DNA from: Dehalococcoidia bacterium
GTDB lineage: Bacteria; Chloroflexota; Dehalococcoidia; Lucifugimonadales; CAZENU01
Reading direction: 5' to 3'
DNA length: 64,000 nt
Assembly: GCA_965117035.1 (NCBI GenBank)
Contig: OZ220748.1
Location: 2,351,992-2,415,991 of the forward strand
How positions within the stretch are numbered: the first letter of the stretch is position 1; the number at the start of each line of letters is the position of its first letter. This document shows, piece after piece, positions 56,556 through 64,000 of this stretch. The notes under the pieces are model-generated. The model saw only the letters and a program-made list of their open reading frames with translations, did not search any database and was not told the DNA's origin. Position numbers and translations under genes: made by a program.

Positions 56556-57611
56556 CTACCATTCAGGTCGGTGGGGCGTGTACTTCACCGATCGGATGAG
56601 ATGGCGATCAGTGGAGGCGCCCGTGGCCCCGATGAACCCGAAGTATGCGTACGATGGGTCGAAGCCCTCGATGGTGTGGTCTACCAGCAGGGTTCTGCCC
56701 ATACCGCTCCCTTCGTTTGACAGGTAGACTCTGACATTGCCGTCGAGACCGAGAACGACCTCGGCTTCGAAGGGCCCGGAATCCCTGAGATCCACACTGA
56801 GGTCCCTGGTCGCCAGGTGGTCCATGTCAAAGACATCGCCCCCCGCTCCCAATTCGATCAGAGCGACGAAGTTCCCGGATGGATCGGCAACGGGAGAATG
56901 GAAGTCGCGCCCTCCCAGGCTCCAGCGACCTGCCCGGTTGAAGAAGGTGTCGAAGGCGACGACGTAGCCTTCCAGGTATCGGGAGCCCCAGCCACCGCCG
57001 GCGTGATAAGTGGGTTCGATCCGGCTGAAGTCCGGCATGGACTGCAGCAGCAGCAGGCCAAGCCCATCAGCCCCGGTTCCTCCGCCTATCTCGAACGAGA
57101 ACTCGATGCTGGACCCGTGAAGGCGAACAGGTCGTCTCAGCATGAGGAAGCCCAGTTGATTTCGTTGGGCCTCGGTCAACCGTATCGATCCCTCCGACGG
57201 CAAGTGATCGGCTGATCCGTACAACAACCAACGATCGGTATCGAGGGTTCGAAAGAAGCTCTCCGTGAACCCGGCCATCGGTCGCCCGGTATCGGCAGGG
57301 GCCGCTACTTCGACGTTGATCCACGCCCCTGCGCCTCCGGCATGGACGGAGATGACCGCTTCGCCAGGGGCGACGCCGGTAACGACTCCATCCCGGGAAA
57401 CGGTGGCGATCTCCGGGGCGCTGCTGCTCCAATCGAAGCCCCAACGGCCGGCGTCATGGCCCGAACGCGTCGTGGCGCTGGCCCGGAGCCCCTCGATCTC
57501 GCCCGGCGCGAGGGTGAGGGCTCCCGAGAAGCGGGGACGTCCGGTACGGGCGCAGCCGCGGTCGTTTCCGGCCGCAAGGTCCTGCGACCCCCGACCGTAG
57601 ATGCTCCGCAT
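56556..57611 (-). CDS. Big_2 Ig-like + lectin/LamG-like domain protein (probable C-terminal part of a larger surface protein)
   Basis: LTLAPGEIEGL...WSSSAPEIATVSRDGVVTGVAPGEAVISV (Big_2), then a concanavalin-like region (SIEFSFEIGGGTGADGLGLLLLQ). This frame stays open upstream to about 57770. Confidence 0.6.
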   Translation of the reverse strand: MRSIYGRGSQDLAAGNDRGCARTGRPRFSGALTLAPGEIEGLRASATTRSGHDAGRWGFDWSSSAPEIATVSRDGVVTGVAPGEAVISVHAGGAGAWINVEVAAPADTGRPMAGFTESFFRTLDTDRWLLYGSADHLPSEGSIRLTEAQRNQLGFLMLRRPVRLHGSSIEFSFEIGGGTGADGLGLLLLQSMPDFSRIEPTYHAGGGWGSRYLEGYVVAFDTFFNRAGRWSLGGRDFHSPVADPSGNFVALIELGAGGDVFDMDHLATRDLSVDLRDSGPFEAEVVLGLDGNVRVYLSNEGSGMGRTLLVDHTIEGFDPSYAYFGFIGATGASTDRHLIRSVKYTPHRPEW

Positions 57612-58654
57612 GGCGGTCGCGCCACGGTCCGTTCCATCTGCCGATCCATAGAGCCGCGTCGCGCGGCCGTCGTCAGCACTGATGCAGTAGTCGGCCGGAC
57701 TGAAGCGGCGGTTCCGTTCATCGCCCCCGGTAGCACTTCGATGAGGACATCGTTCTCCTCCTCAGAGTGAGTGGGGCGTCGCTGTTCGTATGTCCCTTCG
57801 ATCCGGGCGTCGGCGCCGACAGAGCGACGGCCGTCGCGTCCAACCGTCACTGTGGCCGAGGGAGTGGCCACCTTCTCGTCGGTCCCCGGCGACGCCCAGA
57901 AGACCCTGCAGTAGACGCGGTACTCTCCGGGCTCGGTCAGCGCTGTCTGGTACGTCAACTCGAAGCTGTCGCCCCAGCCAACAGCCGTGACGTCGGTGCG
58001 GACCGAGGACCCACCGGTGACAACGACGCCATCAGCCCGGGCCAATGCCGGCGCCATGTAGATGCCGATTGCTCCCAACGTGAAGCTCGTGCCCGTCGAG
58101 ATCACCCTCAGCGTCTGTCCCGCTTCGACTTCGCCCGGCGACGCTGTGCATGAAGCCTCGACGTTCACCGAAAGCGAGGAGAATAGCGTCAGCCGATCCG
58201 TCGTCACGGCTATCGTGCGAGCGTATTCGTCGACCAGGCCCGGAACGGGCTCCCACCAGCCTCTTTCTTCGTCCCAGTGGAGCGCGCGTACCGACGCCGC
58301 GTCCTGGCCCGGATTCAACTCGAATGGGATGTGGACCGTCACCGGTCCCAGCAACTGGGAACCGTTCACTGAGAAGTCGAAGGCACGACGGACGTCCAGG
58401 GGGCTCGACGGGGGGTTCACCTGCGCGATCGAGACCGTCGTCCGCCCTTCGGTCGCCCCCTTGGGGACATCGATCCGCGCCCCGCTGTCGTGCTCTACCC
58501 GGCCGGCCTGCCCCGCTGGCAGCCGCAATGTGATGGGCGGCGAAGCCACGATACTGTGCGGTCGCGGTTCCAGGGCCTCCTCTGAGCTCCGGTCGGAGAC
58601 GACGCGAACGAGGATGCATCCACCCGATACGACCGCGACGAGGACCGCAACCAT
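57305..58654 (-). CDS. membrane-anchored or lipoprotein surface protein, N-terminal part (only about 57730-58654 looks coding)
   Basis: N-terminal hydrophobic anchor: MVAVLVAVVSGGC. It reads well to ...EENDVLIEVLPG (about 57730). The remaining about 140 codons are Arg/Pro/Ala/Ser-rich and off-frame-looking, and they overlap the next ORF. Confidence 0.55.
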   Translation of the reverse strand: MVAVLVAVVSGGCILVRVVSDRSSEEALEPRPHSIVASPPITLRLPAGQAGRVEHDSGARIDVPKGATEGRTTVSIAQVNPPSSPLDVRRAFDFSVNGSQLLGPVTVHIPFELNPGQDAASVRALHWDEERGWWEPVPGLVDEYARTIAVTTDRLTLFSSLSVNVEASCTASPGEVEAGQTLRVISTGTSFTLGAIGIYMAPALARADGVVVTGGSSVRTDVTAVGWGDSFELTYQTALTEPGEYRVYCRVFWASPGTDEKVATPSATVTVGRDGRRSVGADARIEGTYEQRRPTHSEEENDVLIEVLPGAMNGTAASVRPTTASVLTTAARRGSMDRQMERTVARPPCGASTVGGRRTLRPETTAAAPVPDVPASREPSPSRRARSRGSGPAPRRVRAMTPAVGASIGAAAPRRSPPFPGMESLPASPLAKRSSPSMPEAQGRGSTSK

Positions 58655-58933
58655 GACGGCGAAGTAGCCTGTCGCGTTGGTAGTGATGGTAGGCCCCCGA
58701 TGTTGGTTCGCCCGCTATCCCGGTTTGGCGGGTCGCGGAACAGGCCTCGGCTGATGCAAGGCCTGCACGACTATATATACGACGCAAGTGCGCGATCGGA
58801 TTCGTCCGCCGTGTTATGCGGGCCGTTGAACGCTGAACGGCTGCCGCGCCCGCCAGGTCATTTCGGCGGGACACCTGCTCTGATACAATCGCCCCCGGCG
58901 GCTGCCGGAGCGGCCGGGGCGCGGGAGGAGCGC

Positions 58934-59302
58934 ATGGAGATCGAACGGGGCGACTTCGTTGGCGCGGTGTCCAGGCTGGGCGACAGCGTCTACTCCTTCC
59001 ACGACCGTTTCGGGATTCCGACCCTGGACGACGCGGACAGGGACACCGTGCTCGAGACGCTGCGGCGACGGCTCTCGCTGCTTTCCGAGGAGGTCGGCGA
59101 GCACGCCCGGGAGCTGAATCGGGGCAACATCGACGACGCCGTCTCGGAGGCGGTCGACATCGCCTATGTCGCGCTCGGGACGGTGCTCACGCTGGGCAAC
59201 GCGGGCCGCGACTCCTGCTACGCGATTTCCGACAAGAACGACGCCAAGACGCTCAGCACCCACGGCAACCGGAGCGCCACGGGCAAGGTGGTCGCGCGGT
59301 AG
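58934..59302 (+). CDS. MazG-like nucleotide pyrophosphohydrolase domain protein
   Basis: LSEEVGEHARE...DDAVSEAVDIAYVALG (EExxE...D pattern). GGGAGGAG RBS before the ATG at 58934. Confidence 0.6.
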   Translation: MEIERGDFVGAVSRLGDSVYSFHDRFGIPTLDDADRDTVLETLRRRLSLLSEEVGEHARELNRGNIDDAVSEAVDIAYVALGTVLTLGNAGRDSCYAISDKNDAKTLSTHGNRSATGKVVAR

Positions 59303-59306
59303 CACG

Positions 59307-60086
59307 ATGGACGGCGAGGTCTGCATAGTCACCGGCGCGGGCAGCGGCATCGGCCGCGCCACGGCCCTCAAGCTGGCGGACGCCGGCGCGCTCCCGGTGC
59401 TGGTGGGACGCACCGCCACCAAGCTGTGCGACGTCGCCGCCGAGATCGGCGCCGGCGGCGGGACCTGCGACATCGAGCTGGCCGACGTCACCGACTACGA
59501 CGCGGTGCGCGCGCTGGCCGAGTCGGTGCTGGGCAGGCACGGCAGGATCGACGCGATCGTCAACAACGCCGGCTTCACCAGCCGGAACCGCTACCTGCTC
59601 GACACGACCCACCGGGAGGCGGAGGACGTCGTCAGGGTCAACCTGCTCGGGCCGTTCTTCCTGGTACAGGCGGCGCTGCCGTCGATGCTCGAGCGCCGCT
59701 CCGGGACGATCGTGAACGTCTCGTCGCGCGCGGGCCTCGATCCGGTGCTGCTCGGTGGCGCGATGTACAGCGCTTCCAAGGCGGCCATCATCAACCTGAC
59801 CAAGTACATCAACGTCGAGCTCAAGAACACGGGAATCAGGGCCTGCAACATCATCCCCGGCGAGACCGACACGCCCGTCCTCCAGACGCGCCTGGTCCCT
59901 CCGGGGCCCGATCAGCTCGCCGTGATGCTACAGCCCGAGGACGTCGCGGACGCTATCCTGCTGGCCATCGCCAGCCCGGGCCGCGTGCTCATCGACGAGG
60001 TGATCGTCAAGCCGCGGTTCCAGAGGGATGTCTCCGGCGAGGTCCCGGACCCGATTCCGCCCGACCTGCGGCAGCCGCCAGTGTAG
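59307..60086 (+). CDS. SDR family oxidoreductase
   Basis: TGAGSGIG, NNAG, YSASK motifs. ATG at 59307. Confidence 0.85.
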   Translation: MDGEVCIVTGAGSGIGRATALKLADAGALPVLVGRTATKLCDVAAEIGAGGGTCDIELADVTDYDAVRALAESVLGRHGRIDAIVNNAGFTSRNRYLLDTTHREAEDVVRVNLLGPFFLVQAALPSMLERRSGTIVNVSSRAGLDPVLLGGAMYSASKAAIINLTKYINVELKNTGIRACNIIPGETDTPVLQTRLVPPGPDQLAVMLQPEDVADAILLAIASPGRVLIDEVIVKPRFQRDVSGEVPDPIPPDLRQPPV

Positions 60087-60141
60087 CCCAGCCTCCCGCC
60101 GCAGGCCGCGGCGGGCCAACCACCGCACGCGAGGTGACCCG

Positions 60142-60975
60142 ATGAGACTGTCCCTGTCCGTCCGCGTGGCGGAGCAGTACTACGACAAGCGCCAGACGTC
60201 GATGACGCTGGAGGAGCTGGCGCCCATCGCCGCCGAGGTCGGCTACAGCGCCCTGTGCATGCGGGCGTCGCAGCTCGGCTTGGAGACGCCGCCGGACGTG
60301 GTGCGCCGGAAGCGCGCCGAGCTGGCCGACATGGGCCTGGCGGTCTCGATGTCGACGGGCGACTTCCCGATACCGGAGAACTCCTTTGAGTCCACCGCGG
60401 CGCTGCGAAACATCACGCCCTACCTCGACCTCGCCGATCTGCTCGAGTGCGACCTGATACGCGTGTCGCTGAAGAAAGACGAGGACGTCGAGTGGGCCCA
60501 ACGGGCCGCCGACGAGGCCCGTGAGCGGGGCATACGGCTTGCGCAGCAGTGCCACGTCGCCAGCCTGTTCGAGCGGGTGGATGACACGCTGGACGTGCTG
60601 CGGCGCATAGGCCGTACGAACTTCGGCGTCACCTACGAGCCGGCCAACCTGGAGGCGTGCGGGGAGGACTACGGGCCGGAGACGATCGAGCGCCTGTCGC
60701 CGCACATGGTGAACGTCTACGTGCAGAACCAGCGGCTGGGCCCGATCGGCAAGGACACGCTGAGCACCTGGGTGCGCGGCGAGATGAGGGTCGACCACAT
60801 ACCGATCTCCGCCCCCGGCGGCCTCGACTTCCCGCCGATACTGGAGACGCTGGAACGGATCGGCTACTCCGGCTACGTCACGGTGCACCAGGCGTCCACC
60901 GGCTCGGAGACGCCGGTGGAGACGATCAGGAACAGCGCCCGCTACCTGAAGACGCTGGCCGACTTCGGAGACTAG
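60142..60975 (+). CDS. sugar phosphate isomerase/epimerase (xylose-isomerase-like TIM barrel)
   Basis: Family-typical pattern (...IRLAQQCH...NFGVTYEPANL...VHQ). GAGGTG RBS before the ATG at 60142. Confidence 0.7.
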   Translation: MRLSLSVRVAEQYYDKRQTSMTLEELAPIAAEVGYSALCMRASQLGLETPPDVVRRKRAELADMGLAVSMSTGDFPIPENSFESTAALRNITPYLDLADLLECDLIRVSLKKDEDVEWAQRAADEARERGIRLAQQCHVASLFERVDDTLDVLRRIGRTNFGVTYEPANLEACGEDYGPETIERLSPHMVNVYVQNQRLGPIGKDTLSTWVRGEMRVDHIPISAPGGLDFPPILETLERIGYSGYVTVHQASTGSETPVETIRNSARYLKTLADFGD

Positions 60976-62027
60976 CCGGCGACTACGATGTCGCTCCGGC
61001 GGACGTCGGCCGGGGTGGCGCGGCCGCTGAATGCGAGCACACGGTCGAGCTCAGCGCGAAGTATCTCCAGCGCCCTGCGCACGCCATCCTCGCCGCCCCA
61101 AGCGAGGCCCCAGTGGACGGGCCGTCCGACGAACACGGCGCGCGCCCCCATCGCCAGCACCCTGAAGACGTCCAGGCCGGAGCGGACGCCGGAGTCCATG
61201 TAGACCTCCAGCCGGTCGCCGACCGCGTCGGATATCTCCGGCAGCAGCTCGATGGCCGACAGGCCTCCGTCGAACTGCCTGCCGCCGTGGTTGGAGACGA
61301 CGATGCCGTCGACGCCGTGCTCGACGCACAGGGCCGCGTCCTCGACGTTCCTGATGCCCTTCAGGACCAGCGGCAGGTCGCCCGAGAGCGTCCTGAGCCA
61401 GTCGAGCCTGTCCCAAGTGATGTTCGGCGGCGCCCAGCGCACGGCGCCGTCCTCGCCCAGCAGGTCGGGCCTGTCGCGCAGGCTGCCGAACATCGGGCCC
61501 ACGTCCGCCGGCTTCGGCGACGCGTGCGCCTCGAGCGGGAACGGCCCGAGCACGTCGACCGTCAGTACGACGGCCGCGTACCCGGCCGGCTTCAGCCGGG
61601 GCAGCAGCTCCTCGCTGACGCCGTCGTTGTAGTGGATGTGCTGGAACCAGATCGGCCCGGACGCCGCGTCGGCTACCTCCTCCAGGCCGTAGCCGGAGCC
61701 TACGGGAAGCGCCATCAGCGTGCCCGCGGCGCCCGCCGCCCGCGCGGTCGCCAGCTCGCCGTCCGGGTGGCTTCCGCACTGGCCGCCGGCGGGCGCGCAC
61801 ATCACCGGAAAGCTTATCCGCTGTCCGAGCACCGTCGTCGACAGCTCGCGGTCGGCGACGGAGACGAGAAGCCGCGGGTCGAGGGCTATCTCGTCGAGCT
61901 TTGCCCTGTTGCGGTCGCGGGTCCAGTTGCCGCCCCAGCCGCGCCGGACGAAGTCGCGCTGCGTGGGCGACATCCCGGCCTCGGCGAGCCGCTGCAGCTC
62001 GGCTATGGTTGTCGGCTCTGCTGTCAA
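60972..62027 (-). CDS. FMN-dependent alpha-hydroxy-acid dehydrogenase/oxidase (LldD / glycolate oxidase family)
   Basis: LVLKGI...GIVVSNHGGRQFDG...DSGVRSG. The TTG start at 62027 overlaps the upstream stop (TTGA). Confidence 0.8.
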   Translation of the reverse strand: MTAEPTTIAELQRLAEAGMSPTQRDFVRRGWGGNWTRDRNRAKLDEIALDPRLLVSVADRELSTTVLGQRISFPVMCAPAGGQCGSHPDGELATARAAGAAGTLMALPVGSGYGLEEVADAASGPIWFQHIHYNDGVSEELLPRLKPAGYAAVVLTVDVLGPFPLEAHASPKPADVGPMFGSLRDRPDLLGEDGAVRWAPPNITWDRLDWLRTLSGDLPLVLKGIRNVEDAALCVEHGVDGIVVSNHGGRQFDGGLSAIELLPEISDAVGDRLEVYMDSGVRSGLDVFRVLAMGARAVFVGRPVHWGLAWGGEDGVRRALEILRAELDRVLAFSGRATPADVRRSDIVVAG

Positions 62028-63223
62028 CGTGCGCCGACTTCCGCCCGCAGGGCGTCGATGAGCCGGCCGACCTCTTCCTCGTCGTTGAAGGCGGCCACGG
62101 ATATGCGCATGCCGGTCCGCTCCAGGTCGAGCGGCGCGGTCAGCCACTGGAACTTGACCACGGCGTTGTGCCGCTCGTAGACGCGCGCCACGAGCCGCTG
62201 CAGGTCCTCGGCGCTGTGGCCGTCGAAGGTCAGCGTCGTGATGCCGGCGGAGCGTCCGGGCTCCGTCGGCGTCAGCACCTCGACGCCGCCGATCCGCGAC
62301 GCCTCCTCCCTGAGAGTGCGGGAGAGTCCGGCGACCCTGGCGGCTATCGCGTCCGTGCCGAGCTCGTCGATGATCTCGACGGCCCTGCCGAGCCCGATGG
62401 CCATAGCCGCGTTGTGCGTCCCTCCCTCGGCGCGGTCGTGCGCCGTCGGGGCGGGAACGGGTGCGTCCGGCATGCTCCAGGGCCCGCGGTCGGGCAGCGG
62501 GTCCGGCATGAAGTCGGCGAGCGCGTCGGGGGAGACCCACAGGATGCCGACGCCCATAGGTCCCAGCAACCACTTGTGGCCGGAGCCCACCATGAAGTCG
62601 CACCCCAGGGCGGGCACGTCGACCGGGAGCTGCCCCAGCGACTGCGCCGTGTCTACGACGACGGGCACGCCGCGCTCGTGGGCAAGCGCGGAGGCCTCGG
62701 CGACCGGGAGTATCCTGCCGTCCGGCGACGCCACGTGGCTGACGCACAGCAGCCGTGTGCGGTCGGTGATGGCCGATTTCAGCGCCTCCAGGAACTCCGC
62801 GTCTCCCTGGTCCGCCTCGACGACGCGGAGCCGCGCGCCGGCCGTCTTCTCGAGGCCGGTGCCGAGGGTGACGGTGCTGACGTGCTCCAGCGACGTGATC
62901 AGCAGCTCGTCGCCGTCCCTCCAGTCGATGCTGCGGGACACGAGCCGCATAGCCTGGGTCGTGTTGGGCGTCAGCGCGACCTCGTCTGCGCCCGCCCCGA
63001 TGAACGACGCCACGCGCGCCCTGGCCGCCGTCTCTCGCCTTGCCTGCTCCGCCTTGACCGACGGCACGGAGTGGTAGTGGGCCTCCAGCGCCATCTCGTC
63101 CCGGACCGCGTCCAGCACAGGGTCGGGAGTCGGGCCGTGGCTGCCGACCTGGAAGTAGGCGACGTTCCTGGTGATCGGCAGATCATCCCTGAGCTTCTCG
63201 AACGTCATCCGGTCAGGCGGCAT
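62024..63223 (-). CDS. class V aminotransferase (cysteine desulfurase / isopenicillin-N-epimerase-like)
   Basis: ...VSHVASPDGRILPV...VDTAQSLG...GSGHKWLLGP (PLP lysine motif). GAGGAGAAG RBS before the ATG at 63223. Confidence 0.8.
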   Translation of the reverse strand: MPPDRMTFEKLRDDLPITRNVAYFQVGSHGPTPDPVLDAVRDEMALEAHYHSVPSVKAEQARRETAARARVASFIGAGADEVALTPNTTQAMRLVSRSIDWRDGDELLITSLEHVSTVTLGTGLEKTAGARLRVVEADQGDAEFLEALKSAITDRTRLLCVSHVASPDGRILPVAEASALAHERGVPVVVDTAQSLGQLPVDVPALGCDFMVGSGHKWLLGPMGVGILWVSPDALADFMPDPLPDRGPWSMPDAPVPAPTAHDRAEGGTHNAAMAIGLGRAVEIIDELGTDAIAARVAGLSRTLREEASRIGGVEVLTPTEPGRSAGITTLTFDGHSAEDLQRLVARVYERHNAVVKFQWLTAPLDLERTGMRISVAAFNDEEEVGRLIDALRAEVGAR

Positions 63224-63267
63224 CTTCTCCTCACCATGGCAGGCGCCGGGTGTCGGTGTCGGGATTG

Positions 63268-63330
63268 CCGCGCGCCCCTCGGTACACGCCGACGAAGCGT
63301 CGGCGCTACTCGGGGTAAACGGGTAGCAGA
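63268..63330. repeat. fragment of the intergenic repeat family
   Basis: CCTCGGTACACGCCGACGAAGCGTCGGCGCTACTCGG is an inverted, diverged copy of the CCGAGTGCCCCGACGCTTCGTCGGGGTGTATCGAGG core of the MITE-like unit. Confidence 0.5.
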
Positions 63331-63405
63331 GAACGCGACCACGCCTCCCGCCATTGTGGAAGCAGCGACCGGCCGAATCACGACGTTGGCTTCGGCCGGC
63401 GGCCG

Positions 63406-63978
63406 TCAGCTCTCGTTGATGATGATCGTCGCGATGGCGTCGCCCGGCCCTCTCGCCGTCTGCGGGTCCCGGATCGAGATGCCGTTGACTACGTCCATGC
63501 CCTCGGTCACCTTGCCGAACACCGTGTGACACGACCCTTGCGTGCAGTCCTTCGCGGTACCGTCCGGGTTGTAGCCGTCCAGGAACGGCGTCTCGACGAA
63601 GGTGATGAAGAACTGGCTGCCGTTGGTTCCCCGGCCGCCCTTGATTCCGCTGTTCGCCATAGACAGGATGCCGGGGCTGTCGTGCCGCCGCTCGGGGCTC
63701 AGCTCGTTGTCGAACTTGTAGCCCGGGCCCCCGGTGCCGGTGCCCGTGGGGTCTCCTCCCTGCGCCATGAAGTTCTCGATGACCCTGTGGAAGGTCACGC
63801 CGTTGTAGAAGCCCTCGCGGGCCAGGAAGACGAAGCTGTTCACCGTGTTCGGGGCCTCTTTCGCGTAGAGCTCGGCGGTGAACTGCCCGCCCTTCTCCAG
63901 GCAGAAGGTCGCGGTGTAGCTCTTGTTCGGGTCGATCGTCATCGCCGGGGGCGCGCTGTAAGTCTTGCTTGTGCTCAT
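63406..63978 (-). CDS. peptidyl-prolyl cis-trans isomerase, cyclophilin type
   Basis: [25 protein letters not shown]...MANSG...GSQFFI. Confidence 0.92.
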   Translation of the reverse strand: MSTSKTYSAPPAMTIDPNKSYTATFCLEKGGQFTAELYAKEAPNTVNSFVFLAREGFYNGVTFHRVIENFMAQGGDPTGTGTGGPGYKFDNELSPERRHDSPGILSMANSGIKGGRGTNGSQFFITFVETPFLDGYNPDGTAKDCTQGSCHTVFGKVTEGMDVVNGISIRDPQTARGPGDAIATIIINES

Positions 63979-64000
63979 CGGAATGTCGTCCTCGCAACTC

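Overview
This is a high-GC bacterial chromosomal segment (composition judged by eye, not computed). Gene content suggests Chloroflexota: a TIGR03662/TIGR03663-type 'YYY' membrane protein pair and an HspR/HAIR-type dnaK locus. All family names come from motif recognition in the supplied translations; no searches were run.

Core genes: rpoB-rpoC (-), rpmH-rnpA-yidD, hspR-grpE-dnaK, ftsY, thiL, a DEAD-box helicase, a cyclophilin and tRNA-Val(GAC), plus many oxidoreductases, aminotransferases and sugar or acid-metabolism enzymes.

Accessory and decayed content:
- a more AT-rich fusion gene (DUF6884-like N-terminal domain + GIY-YIG) next to the tRNA;
- a type IIG restriction-modification gene broken by two frameshifts;
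- decayed toxin-antitoxin loci (hicA remnant + hicB; AbiEi + truncated AbiEii fused to a WYL-like fragment);
- a class II Fic protein;
- a surface protein apparently split at a homopolymer;
- a modular repeat family filling most longer intergenic regions (MITE-like units with 11-14 bp terminal inverted repeats, tandem 33-nt and 56-nt modules). One copy lies in-frame inside a kinase gene.

Most interesting signal (57-766, - strand): two translationally coupled genes carry three in-frame TGA codons.
- One gene is a homologue of the ferredoxin:thioredoxin reductase (FTR) catalytic subunit. Its two TGAs replace exactly the two cysteines that form the redox-active disulfide, while the four Fe-S ligand cysteines are ordinary Cys codons.
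- The other is a glutaredoxin/NrdH-like protein whose CxxC reads [TGA]-G-P-C.
- Each TGA is followed by a hairpin, and TGA is a normal stop elsewhere in the window.
- I read this as a candidate selenocysteine-based ferredoxin-to-disulfide relay, with a predicted diselenide in the FTR-like protein. It needs confirmation by finding the Sec-decoding genes elsewhere in the genome, homologue alignment and read-level checks.
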